Under the pieces are notes generated by a model. That model did no database searches. It saw only the letters and a list, made by a program, of their open reading frames with translations, and was not told the DNA's origin. 64,000 bases of DNA from a virus (Duplodnaviria > Heunggongvirae > Uroviricota > Caudoviricetes), in the IMG/VR virus record IMGVR_UViG_3300021400_000141, positions 257,354 to 321,353 of that record; one strand, 5' to 3'. The stretch's first letter is position 1. Each line of letters starts with the position of its first letter. Shown piece by piece: positions 12,061 through 22,850 of the stretch. A program made the position numbers and the translations under genes.

Positions 12061-12843
12061 ATGGTTGATACACACAACATATCGTTTAGAATACCTGACG
12101 GAAGTGGTGGCTCTTGGTCACAGAATGTCCCTCGTATATGTCGTTACGAGAACGGGAGCTTTGCTGACTTCAAGGAGGTGTACGTCTATAAAAACGGTGA
12201 CTTTCACCTATGCTGGAAGAAAGGTGGAGGACCGCAGAAGTATTACAATTTCATTATGGAGTCAGGCACTGATGGTAGACTTAGGATTATAAAAGGAAGT
12301 GATTATCCTGTTATCAATACGCTAGGTCTGTATGTTGGTGTGGCTGGATGGGAAATGTCCCAGGGTGGCGTTATGGCTAACTGGGTGTACAAAATGGTTG
12401 AATCCATCGGTAGTACATTTACAGGAACCTCTCCATGGGATGATGCTTCTGTATGGCAAGGCATAACTGGGAATTATAGCATACAGGTAGAATATCCAGA
12501 CTTTACTTTGTATGATGGGTCATCGTTGCCGTCGAGTAGAGATGGAACGGAAATCCGAAAAGTCACGTTTACTTTTACGAACCCGCTGAGCCTGTCGGCG
12601 GACAAGGAATACGCTATTATGTGTAATAGGTCTAGCGGAAGCGGAAGTGGAGACCTGATAGTGTATGAATCTGATTCATCTGGGGTTGCGTTGACAGAAA
12701 TCGGCTTTCCGTATAGCGGTAACTTTGGCTCACGTAACGAGTCTCCATCGCAGTTAGGAAACTGGGGAACGAGTGCAGAGGGTTTATTTCAGAAGGATAC
12801 TATACAAAAGGCATACCTTGAAATTAATGGGGCTGTTATATGA
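12061..12843 (+). CDS. Hypothetical protein, possibly fibre-associated
   Basis: Co-oriented ORF directly after the collagen gene. Confidence 0.55.
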   Translation: MVDTHNISFRIPDGSGGSWSQNVPRICRYENGSFADFKEVYVYKNGDFHLCWKKGGGPQKYYNFIMESGTDGRLRIIKGSDYPVINTLGLYVGVAGWEMSQGGVMANWVYKMVESIGSTFTGTSPWDDASVWQGITGNYSIQVEYPDFTLYDGSSLPSSRDGTEIRKVTFTFTNPLSLSADKEYAIMCNRSSGSGSGDLIVYESDSSGVALTEIGFPYSGNFGSRNESPSQLGNWGTSAEGLFQKDTIQKAYLEINGAVI

Positions 12844-13454
12844 TTGTTGTAATGAAGAAAACAACCATGCATGTTATAGGATGGTTTGACAATCTCAACC
12901 TTGTCAAGCGTTATTGCAATGAAAAGGGGATTGATTACGTCAATGACATTATCAAGTTAAAGGAAATGAATATGAACTATGTTGGAACGATAACTTACGT
13001 TGACGACAATGTCGTCTATTACAACAAGGACTTTTGGAAATCCGACTTGGCGTCGTTCATTTCCTCTTACGAGTCACATAGCGTATCCGATTATATGGGC
13101 AATCCTGTTCCTAAGGAACGTTTCCTGATTGAGATGAATGAAACTATTGACCGTATTGGTTCAATCGACGGTGAAGAAGGCGAAATCGCGTTCAACATCA
13201 ACGTAGGGTCGGAGTTTATCACTCTCGTCAGGAATGAGTTTAAGAACTCGATTTTGACCGAATACACCGCTATCGATTTTGCCAACGACATCGGCAAGAT
13301 TTCAATGCTCGTTATGGAAGGTGCATTTAGGGAGGCCGCCCTGCTTCTTTCGACGTTTGAGCCGAATGAATTCCTGACAAGGGAGCGATTGGATAAGTAT
13401 ATCGCCATGCTTCATAGCGCTGATGCGATAACGTATCTTCCAACCTCTCGATAG
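12840..13454 (+). CDS. Hypothetical protein
   Basis: 204-aa ORF overlapping the upstream stop. Confidence 0.6.
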   Translation: MIVVMKKTTMHVIGWFDNLNLVKRYCNEKGIDYVNDIIKLKEMNMNYVGTITYVDDNVVYYNKDFWKSDLASFISSYESHSVSDYMGNPVPKERFLIEMNETIDRIGSIDGEEGEIAFNINVGSEFITLVRNEFKNSILTEYTAIDFANDIGKISMLVMEGAFREAALLLSTFEPNEFLTRERLDKYIAMLHSADAITYLPTSR

Positions 13455-13547
13455 TGGAATTAATGCTACTCGATGGGCATCGTGCTTATGCACGGTGCCT
13501 TTCTACGTTATAAACTATAAGTGAAAATTAACCGATGATAGGCTACC

Positions 13548-16500
13548 ATGTTTAGCAAGAAAGAGGTTTTTGAGAATTATCTGGGAAAGCTCGGATTGAA
13601 TAAGACGGCTTTTGAGGCGGTCAAGGATATCAACGGCGTTCTGTTCGAAGGTCTGGACGACCTGCTTGGTGACTTGGAAAATGAGGTCAACCAGGAAGAT
13701 GGTGATGAAGAAGTTGCCCCTGTTCCTGAGTTTACTACTCCACCTGAAAAGAAAAACGAATACGACTCTATCGAGCTGGAAGGAAAGTATAGGATACCGT
13801 TCGGCGAGGCGATTAACCTGGCAATGATGTGGGCTAAGAAACAACCTAGATTTAGCCAGTTCTGGGATAACGATGGTGGATTTAAAAGTCCGTCGTATAT
13901 GTTGACATCGGAGTCAGGGGAACAAGAGTTTTATAGTAAAGATAGAGTTCCGTACGTGGTACACACGGAACGTGACGAGTCTGTGCCAAAGGCTGAATAT
14001 GAAACGGCTACCAACTATGTCAAAATGAGCTCGGAAGTTTACGACAGGGTAATGAAATACTATGAAGAGCAGGGCTATGACGACCTGACAGAAGTACCCT
14101 TCGATGACATCAAGCATTTGGTTCTTGGAAATGCTATACACCAGACTGGAACAGAAGCTCCAAACATCGGTATTGAATGTACGGTTGAAATCGACCCGTC
14201 GGTAACCCTGTTGACGACGCAAGTTGAGAACAGGGACCCGAAAAATGGTCTCCTTGTTATCATACCAGGTGAGCAGCAAAAACTCAGCGAGGAAACAGGC
14301 CTTCCAGTTGACGGACTTTACACTGCCGTGCTGAGGGAATGGACTGATTATAGCGACCAATACTATTGGGATTCCCAGACAGGATTTATCTATGATGTGA
14401 CGAAAAAGTCGGATGCTCATCAAATGACAAGAGAGGGCACTCTGACCCCGTCCAAGATTAAGAAGGAGCATTCATTGGCTCTGGGCAGAAAGGTTATTGA
14501 CTGGGCCAGAACACAGGACATGTTCAAACTGCTTCTGAAGCCAAGGGGTGCGGATACTCTTATATACACGAGTTCCATACACAAGGTGCCCAACGATGGT
14601 AATATCGAGGGTGTCGGTAACGCTCCTTATGTATACATGGATGATGAGAATTATGAGAGTTTTGTCAATAGCACCAACTTTGACACTGAGAGAGTAAAAC
14701 ACTTTGATGCAAACTCATTGAACCAGATTGTTTCTAAGGAGTACAAGGATAGAAGCTTGACCAATACTGTTGGTTCGAACGATTATGGTTATGATGATAA
14801 CGGCTGGGTTACTAGCATTGCATGTGTATTGGATGATAAGTCTGGTGTATACACATTGGCGAACGGTGTTGCTAGCCAGATTATAAAGGCGTATGGTAGG
14901 AAGGTTGAAGGTTACAACAACTATATCGCTGGCAAAAACAGTATCACCGTAGGTGAACATAGTTTCCATCCGCTTGTTCTTTTGAGCACGTCTAGGGGTG
15001 GGTTGTATCCACGGCTTGTTGCATTTTTCGATGAGACTTGCTGCAAGCCTGGTGAATCGATAGAACAGCTTGTTGGTGCAAAGGGCATGAGGGGTGGAGT
15101 TCCTACCATTCAGGGTTTTGCTACAATCATGGGTGGATGCAAGTTGGCATCTGATGGCGAGGTTGAGATTAACCAATGCACGCTAAGCAATGTGGACATA
15201 TCTGGAAGCACAGGTCGAGTAAGAATTGGTTCTCGCCCTAGTAAAAAAGGTGCATCACTCTTGGAAACTCGTGTGGAAGATACTGTCATTGCTGTTGGAA
15301 ACAATGGTGCAGACCAGGTTTTGCCGAATAACAGGATTTATGCCGAAATGAATGGCGGCATACGTGGTGTATCTATTGTAAAATCGTTTATTGTAGACGC
15401 ACACATTTCTAACGGCTATGCTCAAATCGAGGACTGTAATATACAGCACCTTAACATGAGTAATGATGGCCCGAAACACCTTGATGGCTGGAATACTGAG
15501 GATGCCAGCAACGTCGTGTTTAAGGGAGATAACTTGATTACCATTACAGGAACTGCTAACTACCTGAATGGTTATAACAAGAGTACCATCCCTGGCGGAA
15601 GGGCTGTAAAGGATTGGAAGAAAGGTGAAGTTACAACGGAATTGACGGGTGAAGTCACGTTGGATTCTACATCAGGTACTGTGGTATGTAGAGGTTCTAA
15701 ATTGCATAACGTTGTTGCGAATGGACCTTGCGGCATCAGCAGCTGCACTTTGAAGGGTGCGACTATTGGTGTTAACGCCCTTGGTGGTAACGGAAACTTC
15801 GAAAAGACCGAGATGAACTGTGTCAACACAACACCTGCTGTTGACGGTGCTTGGGGTATTCAAATCGAACACGGTACGGATGGAAACGCTACTGTGTTTG
15901 GTATGGGTACTGATACAACGCCTGGAATGATTGAACTGTCTGGAAGGGTGTATATTGAAGGCGGTGCCAAAATACTGCATTCTCTTGTAGCTAGCACTGA
16001 GGATGGCCAAACGGTGTATGTCCGCAGCAACATGACGTTGAACGGATGTTCTCCATATACTCTCAACAAGAAAGATTCAGGCATTCTCAGTAAGTATCTA
16101 AGAAGTGATACTAACCTTAGGGGAGACTGCACGGATATCACTAAGATTGCGAATACCTTGGACTTTGAGTTCAACGCATTCGGTGGTGAAAACTCTCTCG
16201 CTCTCTACGCAGACTTCAAGGCTGGTAAACAAGATGAGTCGATGAAAAAGAATCTTACCCTGTTCGATGCGGACACGCTTATCGATGACTTCTTGGTGGA
16301 TACGTCTTCTATCTTGATGGATAGTAGCGTGCTCATGGGTATGGACGGTGATGGTAACATCATTCCGAACGAGAGTTTGAAGAGGACCATATGGGACCCG
16401 ATTGGTGGATTCTTTGTCGGTCCTGTCAACGAGAAGATTGACGCCAGAGGAAGAAAAGTTAAAAATTACGGCTCCATGATTCTGTTGAAGTGCCCTAACG

Positions 16501-17588
16501 TTGTGTTGGACCACGAAGCGATTCTTCGAAAGAAGGATGAATTTGTGCAAAACATGGACTTTGACATGTATGCTGCTGGAAAGATTACTCTAAGGGAATA
16601 TGTGGACTTCTTGGATAAGAATGGATTTAGTGATTGCTACCATTATGCGAACAATGGATTTGGTAAGGAATTCGTGCAGCTCTGTCAAATCAGCAAGACT
16701 GATATGAGGACTCCACGTAATCTCTCGATGGCAGCTATGAAAACTCTCATTGAGAACTCAAAGCGTATTATCGACCAGTTCATTCATGAACATACGACGA
16801 ACAATACGACCATTCGTAATGCTGATAATTATTCCAGAATTACATCGGCGTATACTAATAAGGATGGCGCTATGACGGTAGAAACTGGGCATGGACAAGC
16901 CACATACCAATACACAATTCCTCGTGTTGACGATGAGAAACACACTATTGTATGCTCATGTACTAAAAAAGTGCAATCGGGTGAGGGTCCTGCTCAGGTA
17001 GAGACGTATCAGGTGGATTGCTCACGTGATGCCATATACAAGGCTGGCTATCAGTACATGTGTGATAACAATTTCACTTCAAATGCTGATGGGCTTGCTG
17101 TTATCAGGAAGGCAGTTTTTGGTAATGTCGATGGCTTGGGTAAGCATAACTACGTTGCATCTGCTTTAAATGCAATGAAGGGCACTGAAATGAAGTCCAA
17201 TGAACTTGACCCTGAAACTTCAGATAAATTGAACAAGATACTGAGCAAGCTGAATTTGGAAAAGAACGAAAAGGTGTATCGTCTTGATGAAACTACGAGT
17301 GAAGGTGAGCACATATGGTTCCTTGTCAAGGCCAAGCCTATTTACCTTAGCAAGCTTGACAGGGAGAAGTACAGGCTGAGAGGCATTACACCGTTGAATG
17401 TTTGCCACATCCTGAAGTACTTGCCCAAAAAGGATACCTTTGCTTGTGCAAGCAAATATGTTCCTAAGAACGTAAAGATGAAAGATAACCTACAGGCATC
17501 TTCAATCTACACGTCGGACTATGTGATTGCACGTCCTGTTGCCCTGCAAGACTTCTACAAGATGGGTGTACCGAAAGAAGCTGTGTAG
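13548..17588 (+). CDS. 1346-aa protein with the shared N-terminal leader and a probable beta-solenoid region
   Basis: Long ORF; leader ends LFEG; central I/V/N/G-rich repeats; TATAAACTA at 13509. Confidence 0.7.
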   Translation: MFSKKEVFENYLGKLGLNKTAFEAVKDINGVLFEGLDDLLGDLENEVNQEDGDEEVAPVPEFTTPPEKKNEYDSIELEGKYRIPFGEAINLAMMWAKKQPRFSQFWDNDGGFKSPSYMLTSESGEQEFYSKDRVPYVVHTERDESVPKAEYETATNYVKMSSEVYDRVMKYYEEQGYDDLTEVPFDDIKHLVLGNAIHQTGTEAPNIGIECTVEIDPSVTLLTTQVENRDPKNGLLVIIPGEQQKLSEETGLPVDGLYTAVLREWTDYSDQYYWDSQTGFIYDVTKKSDAHQMTREGTLTPSKIKKEHSLALGRKVIDWARTQDMFKLLLKPRGADTLIYTSSIHKVPNDGNIEGVGNAPYVYMDDENYESFVNSTNFDTERVKHFDANSLNQIVSKEYKDRSLTNTVGSNDYGYDDNGWVTSIACVLDDKSGVYTLANGVASQIIKAYGRKVEGYNNYIAGKNSITVGEHSFHPLVLLSTSRGGLYPRLVAFFDETCCKPGESIEQLVGAKGMRGGVPTIQGFATIMGGCKLASDGEVEINQCTLSNVDISGSTGRVRIGSRPSKKGASLLETRVEDTVIAVGNNGADQVLPNNRIYAEMNGGIRGVSIVKSFIVDAHISNGYAQIEDCNIQHLNMSNDGPKHLDGWNTEDASNVVFKGDNLITITGTANYLNGYNKSTIPGGRAVKDWKKGEVTTELTGEVTLDSTSGTVVCRGSKLHNVVANGPCGISSCTLKGATIGVNALGGNGNFEKTEMNCVNTTPAVDGAWGIQIEHGTDGNATVFGMGTDTTPGMIELSGRVYIEGGAKILHSLVASTEDGQTVYVRSNMTLNGCSPYTLNKKDSGILSKYLRSDTNLRGDCTDITKIANTLDFEFNAFGGENSLALYADFKAGKQDESMKKNLTLFDADTLIDDFLVDTSSILMDSSVLMGMDGDGNIIPNESLKRTIWDPIGGFFVGPVNEKIDARGRKVKNYGSMILLKCPNVVLDHEAILRKKDEFVQNMDFDMYAAGKITLREYVDFLDKNGFSDCYHYANNGFGKEFVQLCQISKTDMRTPRNLSMAAMKTLIENSKRIIDQFIHEHTTNNTTIRNADNYSRITSAYTNKDGAMTVETGHGQATYQYTIPRVDDEKHTIVCSCTKKVQSGEGPAQVETYQVDCSRDAIYKAGYQYMCDNNFTSNADGLAVIRKAVFGNVDGLGKHNYVASALNAMKGTEMKSNELDPETSDKLNKILSKLNLEKNEKVYRLDETTSEGEHIWFLVKAKPIYLSKLDREKYRLRGITPLNVCHILKYLPKKDTFACASKYVPKNVKMKDNLQASSIYTSDYVIARPVALQDFYKMGVPKEAV

Positions 17589-17605
17589 GAATAGCGAATA
17601 AAAAT

Positions 17606-17640
17606 GCAATTCCCTCAACATTGTATGAGGGAATTGCTTT
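17606..17640 (+). terminator. Stem-loop terminator
   Basis: GCAATTCCCTCA...TGAGGGAATTGC inverted repeat. Confidence 0.55.
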
Positions 17641-17683
17641 AAAATAATATATATTAGATTATACTCGAAACAATGGTTGTTTT

Positions 17684-18478
17684 GTGGATTACTGTAAGAT
17701 AACACCATGTATAAAGGCAGAACTTAACAAATCGGTTACAATGAGTCGGGAGGAGGAGCGTCGGCTGTTTGAGGAGTATGCTAACAGCACAGATGATACC
17801 CGAAAGAAGGAAATCTTTGACAAGATTATCATAGCTAACCTGAAATTTGCGTTCAAGATGGCCAGTGACAAGGCAAAGGAATGCGACAAGTCCATCGATG
17901 ACTTGTTTTCAGAGGCTAAAATCGGTTTGATTGAAGCTTTTAACAAGTATGACCCCCATGTGGGCACGAAATTCATCTCATTTGTCGTGTGGTATGTACG
18001 TCGTGCGTTGAATACATTCGTTTCAGACGACGACTTAATCAGAATTCCTATCGCATTGAAGGCAAACGTATCCAAGAAGCGTCGCCTCAACGAGACGGAA
18101 TACACGGAACGTGAAGGTCACGCCAAGGAAGTGATGGCTAACTTGAAGCAGTCAGTCAAGGGTTCCAAGGAAGATGACCAAGACGGCTTTACTAACGAGG
18201 CTCCAGATGTCAGCTCCGACGGAATCGCAGAGCTCGAACACGACAACATGAAGGATACTCTGTGGAAGATGCTGGAAAACAGCCTTGATAAAAATGAACT
18301 CTACATCATGAGGTACTCGTTCGGGTTGAAGGATGATGTCATCCTCCCAGCAGCCGATATTGCTGCAAACCTCAATATGAAGAAAACCGAGTTCCAGAAA
18401 ATCAAGAAGGCGGCATACGAAAAGATAGCCAAAAACAAGGAATTTTATAGTCTTTTGAAAGAGACGGTAAATTCGTAA
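17684..18478 (+). CDS. Phage-encoded sigma70-family RNA polymerase sigma factor
   Basis: Region 2 (NLKFAFKMA...DLFSEAKIGLIEAFNKYDP..GTKFISFVVWYVRRAL) and a region 4 HTH. Confidence 0.9.
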   Translation: MDYCKITPCIKAELNKSVTMSREEERRLFEEYANSTDDTRKKEIFDKIIIANLKFAFKMASDKAKECDKSIDDLFSEAKIGLIEAFNKYDPHVGTKFISFVVWYVRRALNTFVSDDDLIRIPIALKANVSKKRRLNETEYTEREGHAKEVMANLKQSVKGSKEDDQDGFTNEAPDVSSDGIAELEHDNMKDTLWKMLENSLDKNELYIMRYSFGLKDDVILPAADIAANLNMKKTEFQKIKKAAYEKIAKNKEFYSLLKETVNS

Positions 18479-19359
18479 TGTTCAATTTTATAAAGAAGTT
18501 TTTTAATGGAGGCAAAAATATGGTAAACGACGAACCGTCAATCGCTATGTCAGGCCAGTCAGTTGGCGATGTTCCTAACGGTGAACCAACAATGTCGAAC
18601 AGCGAAGCATCAAGACAAGTTCAGGAAATGGCAGAAATGGCCAACCATAATGCTCTTGGTGTCATTCCCGGCCAGGTAAACCGCAAGCAGACGCAACGCC
18701 CAATGCCACGTCAGCAAGGCCCAGTGGCTCAGTACAACAATTATCAGCAGCCGCCTGTCAATCAGGTACAGCGCGTTGCCCCTGCACAGATGGTGGCACA
18801 GCCGTTGCCTCAACAGCCGCAACAGCCTGTTCAGCAGCCTCAGATGCAGCCACAGTATTACCAGTATCCTCCGTATGCCCCGCAACCGCAGGTTCCTCCT
18901 CCTGGTTATTACTATCCGCAGCAACAGCCGATGCCTATGCAGCCTATGCAGCCGATGCAGCCAGTCCAGCAGGCTCCTCAGATGAGCGACGGTTTTGGAG
19001 CACCGTTCTCCGAAATGTATGTCACTAGCGACCAGGTGTACGAATGCTACATTGACCTTCCTGGTGTCCCACAGAGCGACCTCAAGGTAAGGGTTGTACA
19101 GAACAGTCTGGAAGTTAGCGGTGTCCGTAAACTTCATTCGGACTCACCGTCTGCTGGAAAGAAGAACAAGAGAATCAAGGTACTTGCCGCACAGTCAAGC
19201 GTGCCTGCGTACCTGTTGAACCACTTCAAGTTCACGTTCCCGTTCGCAAAGCCTGTCGATGAGGACAATGTGAAGGCCGTCTTGGAAAATGGCCAGCTGC
19301 ATGTCACCATCAACATCCTGTCTAGCGAAAAGGGTGTAAACGTGGCAGTTGGAATCTAG
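18478..19359 (+). CDS. Small heat-shock (Hsp20) domain protein with long P/Q-rich N-terminus
   Basis: YECYIDLPGV...LKVRV...LEVSG...FPFAKPVDEDNVKAVLENGQLHVTI alpha-crystallin domain. Confidence 0.85.
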   Translation: MFNFIKKFFNGGKNMVNDEPSIAMSGQSVGDVPNGEPTMSNSEASRQVQEMAEMANHNALGVIPGQVNRKQTQRPMPRQQGPVAQYNNYQQPPVNQVQRVAPAQMVAQPLPQQPQQPVQQPQMQPQYYQYPPYAPQPQVPPPGYYYPQQQPMPMQPMQPMQPVQQAPQMSDGFGAPFSEMYVTSDQVYECYIDLPGVPQSDLKVRVVQNSLEVSGVRKLHSDSPSAGKKNKRIKVLAAQSSVPAYLLNHFKFTFPFAKPVDEDNVKAVLENGQLHVTINILSSEKGVNVAVGI

Positions 19360-19368
19360 GAGGTTATC

Positions 19369-19716
19369 ATGAAGACCGTAGCAGAAATCATCAATGCGAA
19401 CTATGTCCTTGTCCCGCTCATGAAAGGTACGGACATGGGCTACATGATTACCGACCGTGGCGACATGAATGACTACGAGTGGAGAGTGTGGCGTCGGGCG
19501 ACCGAAATCAGGACTGTAAAGCAGCTCCTGACAGCGGTTGCATCAAAGAAGACACCTGCTGAAATCCGCCGTGGACTCATGAAGATTGTCGAATTCTTGA
19601 ATGCGGAAGGGGTCGATGCAGCCCTTGTTGGAACGGTAGCGGCAAACGACCAGAGAGTCAAGGCGTACGAATCACAGTCGGAAACCTCGGCATCGTTCAA
19701 TGATACCGAACTCTGA
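19369..19716 (+). CDS. Hypothetical protein
   Basis: 115-aa ORF with SD (AGGAGG). Confidence 0.65.
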   Translation: MKTVAEIINANYVLVPLMKGTDMGYMITDRGDMNDYEWRVWRRATEIRTVKQLLTAVASKKTPAEIRRGLMKIVEFLNAEGVDAALVGTVAANDQRVKAYESQSETSASFNDTEL

Positions 19717-19883
19717 TTTTTTCTAAATCGTTGAGGGTATAAACTAGAAGTGAAAGAAGGGGGCCAAAGTGGCTTCCTTTTTTCCTGTACCTGACGGAAA
19801 CTCCAGACGGTACGGAGGTTTCGACAAACTGTTGGAACTTCCATTCACTCAACGGTTGGCGAACTGCCGACAGGAGAATAACT

Positions 19884-20309
19884 ATGTACGGAACACTTCC
19901 TGCATTGAACGAGATGTTTGAAACAGCATTCGACATCTTTAACCCAAAGAAATATGGTCGTCCGATTTTCCCTTATGCGTTCAAGAAGGCTACTATCAAG
20001 AACGAGGAAACGCAGAAGGAAGAAGAGGTCTTGATTTTGGAGATTGCCGTTGTTGGCTGCTCAAAGGATGATGTCAAGGTGAAGGCGTCTGGTAACACGA
20101 TTACGGTTACCGCAACCACGCCGCAAGACCCTGTTTCCTATGTCACTTACTACGATTACATCAAGAGGCCGAACTTCACGTTCTCTTGGTCGTTCCCATG
20201 CATCTATGATGTGGCTAATGCCGCAGCAACGGTCAAGGATGGTCTTTGCACTATCGCCGTCAAGAAAAAGGCTGATAGCGGAGAGAAGGAAATCGTTGTC
20301 GGTGAATAG
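19884..20309 (+). CDS. Second Hsp20-family protein
   Basis: LILEIAVVGCSKDDVKV...AAATVKDGLCTIAV; SD AGGAG. Confidence 0.85.
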   Translation: MYGTLPALNEMFETAFDIFNPKKYGRPIFPYAFKKATIKNEETQKEEEVLILEIAVVGCSKDDVKVKASGNTITVTATTPQDPVSYVTYYDYIKRPNFTFSWSFPCIYDVANAAATVKDGLCTIAVKKKADSGEKEIVVGE

Positions 20310-20324
20310 CTAGCCAATTGACAC

Positions 20325-20358
20325 GAAAAGCCCACTGATTGTTCAGTGGGTTTTTTGT
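20325..20358. terminator. Bidirectional terminator between convergent genes
   Basis: AAAAGCCCACTGA-TTGT-TCAGTGGGTTTTTT. Confidence 0.7.
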
Positions 20359-20715
20359 TTAGTGTCCGCAGTTGCAGCCTTTTTTGACTTTTGCTATTGT
20401 CCGTCGCACAACGCTGCTTGCTTTGTAAACCGCCTTCAATCCCTTTGTTTTCAATGAGGGTGGAAGCACCCACATGAAGTCGAGAATGGCAGGGAAATCC
20501 TTGCTCATGCGGTCGATGGCCATTGTGCCAGTGTACGTCGAACCGTTTGCGTCAGTGTACTTGAAGTCCTTTGCATCAGACCCTGCATCGAGATAGTCAA
20601 CCATATCTTCGGTAACTTTCTTTTTGATAAGTCTGATGTAGCTGCTGCATACAGGACAACTAGCATCGTAGTAGATTTTAGGTTTTAACGTCATGCTCTC
20701 TCCTTTGACTTGCAC
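20359..20715 (-). CDS. DCC1/DUF393-like thiol-disulfide oxidoreductase-family protein
   Basis: N-terminal IYYDASCPVC (DxxCxxC). Confidence 0.65.
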   Translation of the reverse strand: MQVKGESMTLKPKIYYDASCPVCSSYIRLIKKKVTEDMVDYLDAGSDAKDFKYTDANGSTYTGTMAIDRMSKDFPAILDFMWVLPPSLKTKGLKAVYKASSVVRRTIAKVKKGCNCGH

Positions 20716-21663
20716 TTACGATTCAATCGGTTTGTCCGACCACCGCACTTCGGGACCGCCGTCATACATGTACTTGTCCTTGTAGCCAGTACCGAAGATT
20801 TCATCCATTCGTTCGGCAATGCCCTTGAACAGTTCCTTGTTGTTCGGCTTCAAGTGTCCCTGTTCGTCCATAATCTGGTTCTGGTGCAGGGTCTTCATAT
20901 CCTGATGCATGATGGCGTTGCGGTTTTGCTTTGCGAGCTTTTGACCACGGCTATCTACGGTAGAGATTTGTGCTTCATGCAACTGGTGCATGCCAAGACG
21001 GGTCGTGTCGTATTCTGGAACCATCGTCGGGCAAAGCTTTTCCTTCATAGCACGGTCGCATGCCTCGTTTTCTTTGAGGATTTTCCCGATTGCCATTAGG
21101 GTGTACATCGTTTTCTTGTCGATTTCATCACAAGAGCAGTGCATCCTAGGCCAGCAACCGTCACCGCAGATACGCATTTCGGCACTGTTGTTCGTCGGCT
21201 TTGCCAGTTCGTATCCGTCACCATCATTGGAGACAACGATGAAGATGTGAGGTATGTCCTTGTTTTTCAGTTTAACGGTATCGCCTACTTGGTAAGGTGC
21301 TTCGAAACCAAGGGATTCAAGGGCGTTGATGTCCTTTATCGCATGGATTGTGTTCAGGGTGTTGAGACCAAGGCCACACTCGATGATGTATTCCTTGTCT
21401 TCCTGAGTAAGTTCACTGTCGTCCTTTGAACTGAACAGGGGGCCTTTCTTGGCGTTGATTTCCTTGCCTGAAATACCGTAAGCCTTGTAGAGAGGTTCGG
21501 TTTCGGCGTCGTAAGGACTAGCCTTGACGACGACTGCCATGGTCTCATCGTCTCCTGGGGTTTCATCTTCGTCTGGCGGAAGATTGGCAATGGCCTTGCA
21601 CTGCTGGTTCAACTCTTCGAACTGGGCCTGGGATTCAAAAATGGAAAGTTCGTCGTTGTACAT
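20716..21663 (-). CDS. Hypothetical protein
   Basis: 315-aa ORF; TATAAACTA on the minus strand at 21690. Confidence 0.65.
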   Translation of the reverse strand: MYNDELSIFESQAQFEELNQQCKAIANLPPDEDETPGDDETMAVVVKASPYDAETEPLYKAYGISGKEINAKKGPLFSSKDDSELTQEDKEYIIECGLGLNTLNTIHAIKDINALESLGFEAPYQVGDTVKLKNKDIPHIFIVVSNDGDGYELAKPTNNSAEMRICGDGCWPRMHCSCDEIDKKTMYTLMAIGKILKENEACDRAMKEKLCPTMVPEYDTTRLGMHQLHEAQISTVDSRGQKLAKQNRNAIMHQDMKTLHQNQIMDEQGHLKPNNKELFKGIAERMDEIFGTGYKDKYMYDGGPEVRWSDKPIES

Positions 21664-21749
21664 TGTTGTATTCCTATTGAATTCACTTATAGTTTATACA
21701 GTTCACGATTGGGCGGAAGTATAAACTATTAGGGAAAGAAGGTTTATCT

Positions 21750-22850
21750 ATGAAATCGAAGAAACTTGCAGGCGTTCGCTTATTCAACTATTTGAATGAT
21801 GGTATCAACTGGAAAGACCACAAGGATATCATCCTTGACTATTGGATAAAGAACATTGCACCGCAGTACAACCGTTCTCCCGATAAGTTGCAGGGGTTCG
21901 TTACCGTAGAATCCCTTCCTACTGCCGTTCAGAAGGAATACGAGGACTGGTTCAAGAAGTTTGACTTCCAGACATCAAAGGACCAGAAATGGATAGACTT
22001 CGTAAACGGTACTCTGAACATTTTCTACCATACCAACGGTTATCGTCAGGAGCCCGAAGGAATATGGTATATCGACATGATGAAGTCCGAAGTTAAGGCT
22101 AGAAACATTGTCGAAACCCAAGTGTATCATGGCAACCCGAACCTAAATTCGTTTATGAAAATCGAGACAAACTCGAAGCCAGAGGAAGTGGGTGGTCGTC
22201 GTAACGGTTACATCTATGCTAGGAAGCTAGGTACAATCAGGCCTAGAGATACACAGGGTTATTACTGGGCCGTCATATTCACTTGCGATGAGACAGTCAG
22301 TATCAACTATGACTCCAACGGTCACCCAGAGGAAAGAAGCATCTGCTGGGCGGCCAATCCTGAACACATCACCCTCGTAAAGATAACGGCAGACGGACTG
22401 TTCGTCATCGTTCCGTGCGAGGTGAAGAAGAAGCTGTGGATGGACCGCAGAGTTGTTCCCGAAGGCATGATTACGAAGACCCCGATGAACGGAGCCCGCC
22501 TTGTCGAATACCTGAAAAAGAATTTCAAAGTAATGTACGGCATCTTTGATAACATCAAGAAGCGTGTGGACGAGGCTCGTGTAAACGCTACGGCTAGAAA
22601 GAACGCCCTATGCACAATGTCTGACGAAGAAATCATGGTGGGTGACGTTCTTGGAATGAACCCTGAGGAGTTCGTTGAAAACGGTCACGTATCTCCACAA
22701 AAACTGGAATACAACCGTAAGGTGAGACGTAGCATACACCAGGCTAACGTGAAGCATCGTCAGGAAGTCAATGCAAAGATGCGTGCTATCGAGAAGGAAG
22801 AACGCAGAAAGAACAAGGAAAATGCCGCCCACTTCAATGCGTTGGCTTAA
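21750..22850 (+). CDS. Hypothetical protein
   Basis: 366-aa ORF; TATAAACTA at 21720. Confidence 0.7.
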   Translation: MKSKKLAGVRLFNYLNDGINWKDHKDIILDYWIKNIAPQYNRSPDKLQGFVTVESLPTAVQKEYEDWFKKFDFQTSKDQKWIDFVNGTLNIFYHTNGYRQEPEGIWYIDMMKSEVKARNIVETQVYHGNPNLNSFMKIETNSKPEEVGGRRNGYIYARKLGTIRPRDTQGYYWAVIFTCDETVSINYDSNGHPEERSICWAANPEHITLVKITADGLFVIVPCEVKKKLWMDRRVVPEGMITKTPMNGARLVEYLKKNFKVMYGIFDNIKKRVDEARVNATARKNALCTMSDEEIMVGDVLGMNPEEFVENGHVSPQKLEYNRKVRRSIHQANVKHRQEVNAKMRAIEKEERRKNKENAAHFNALA

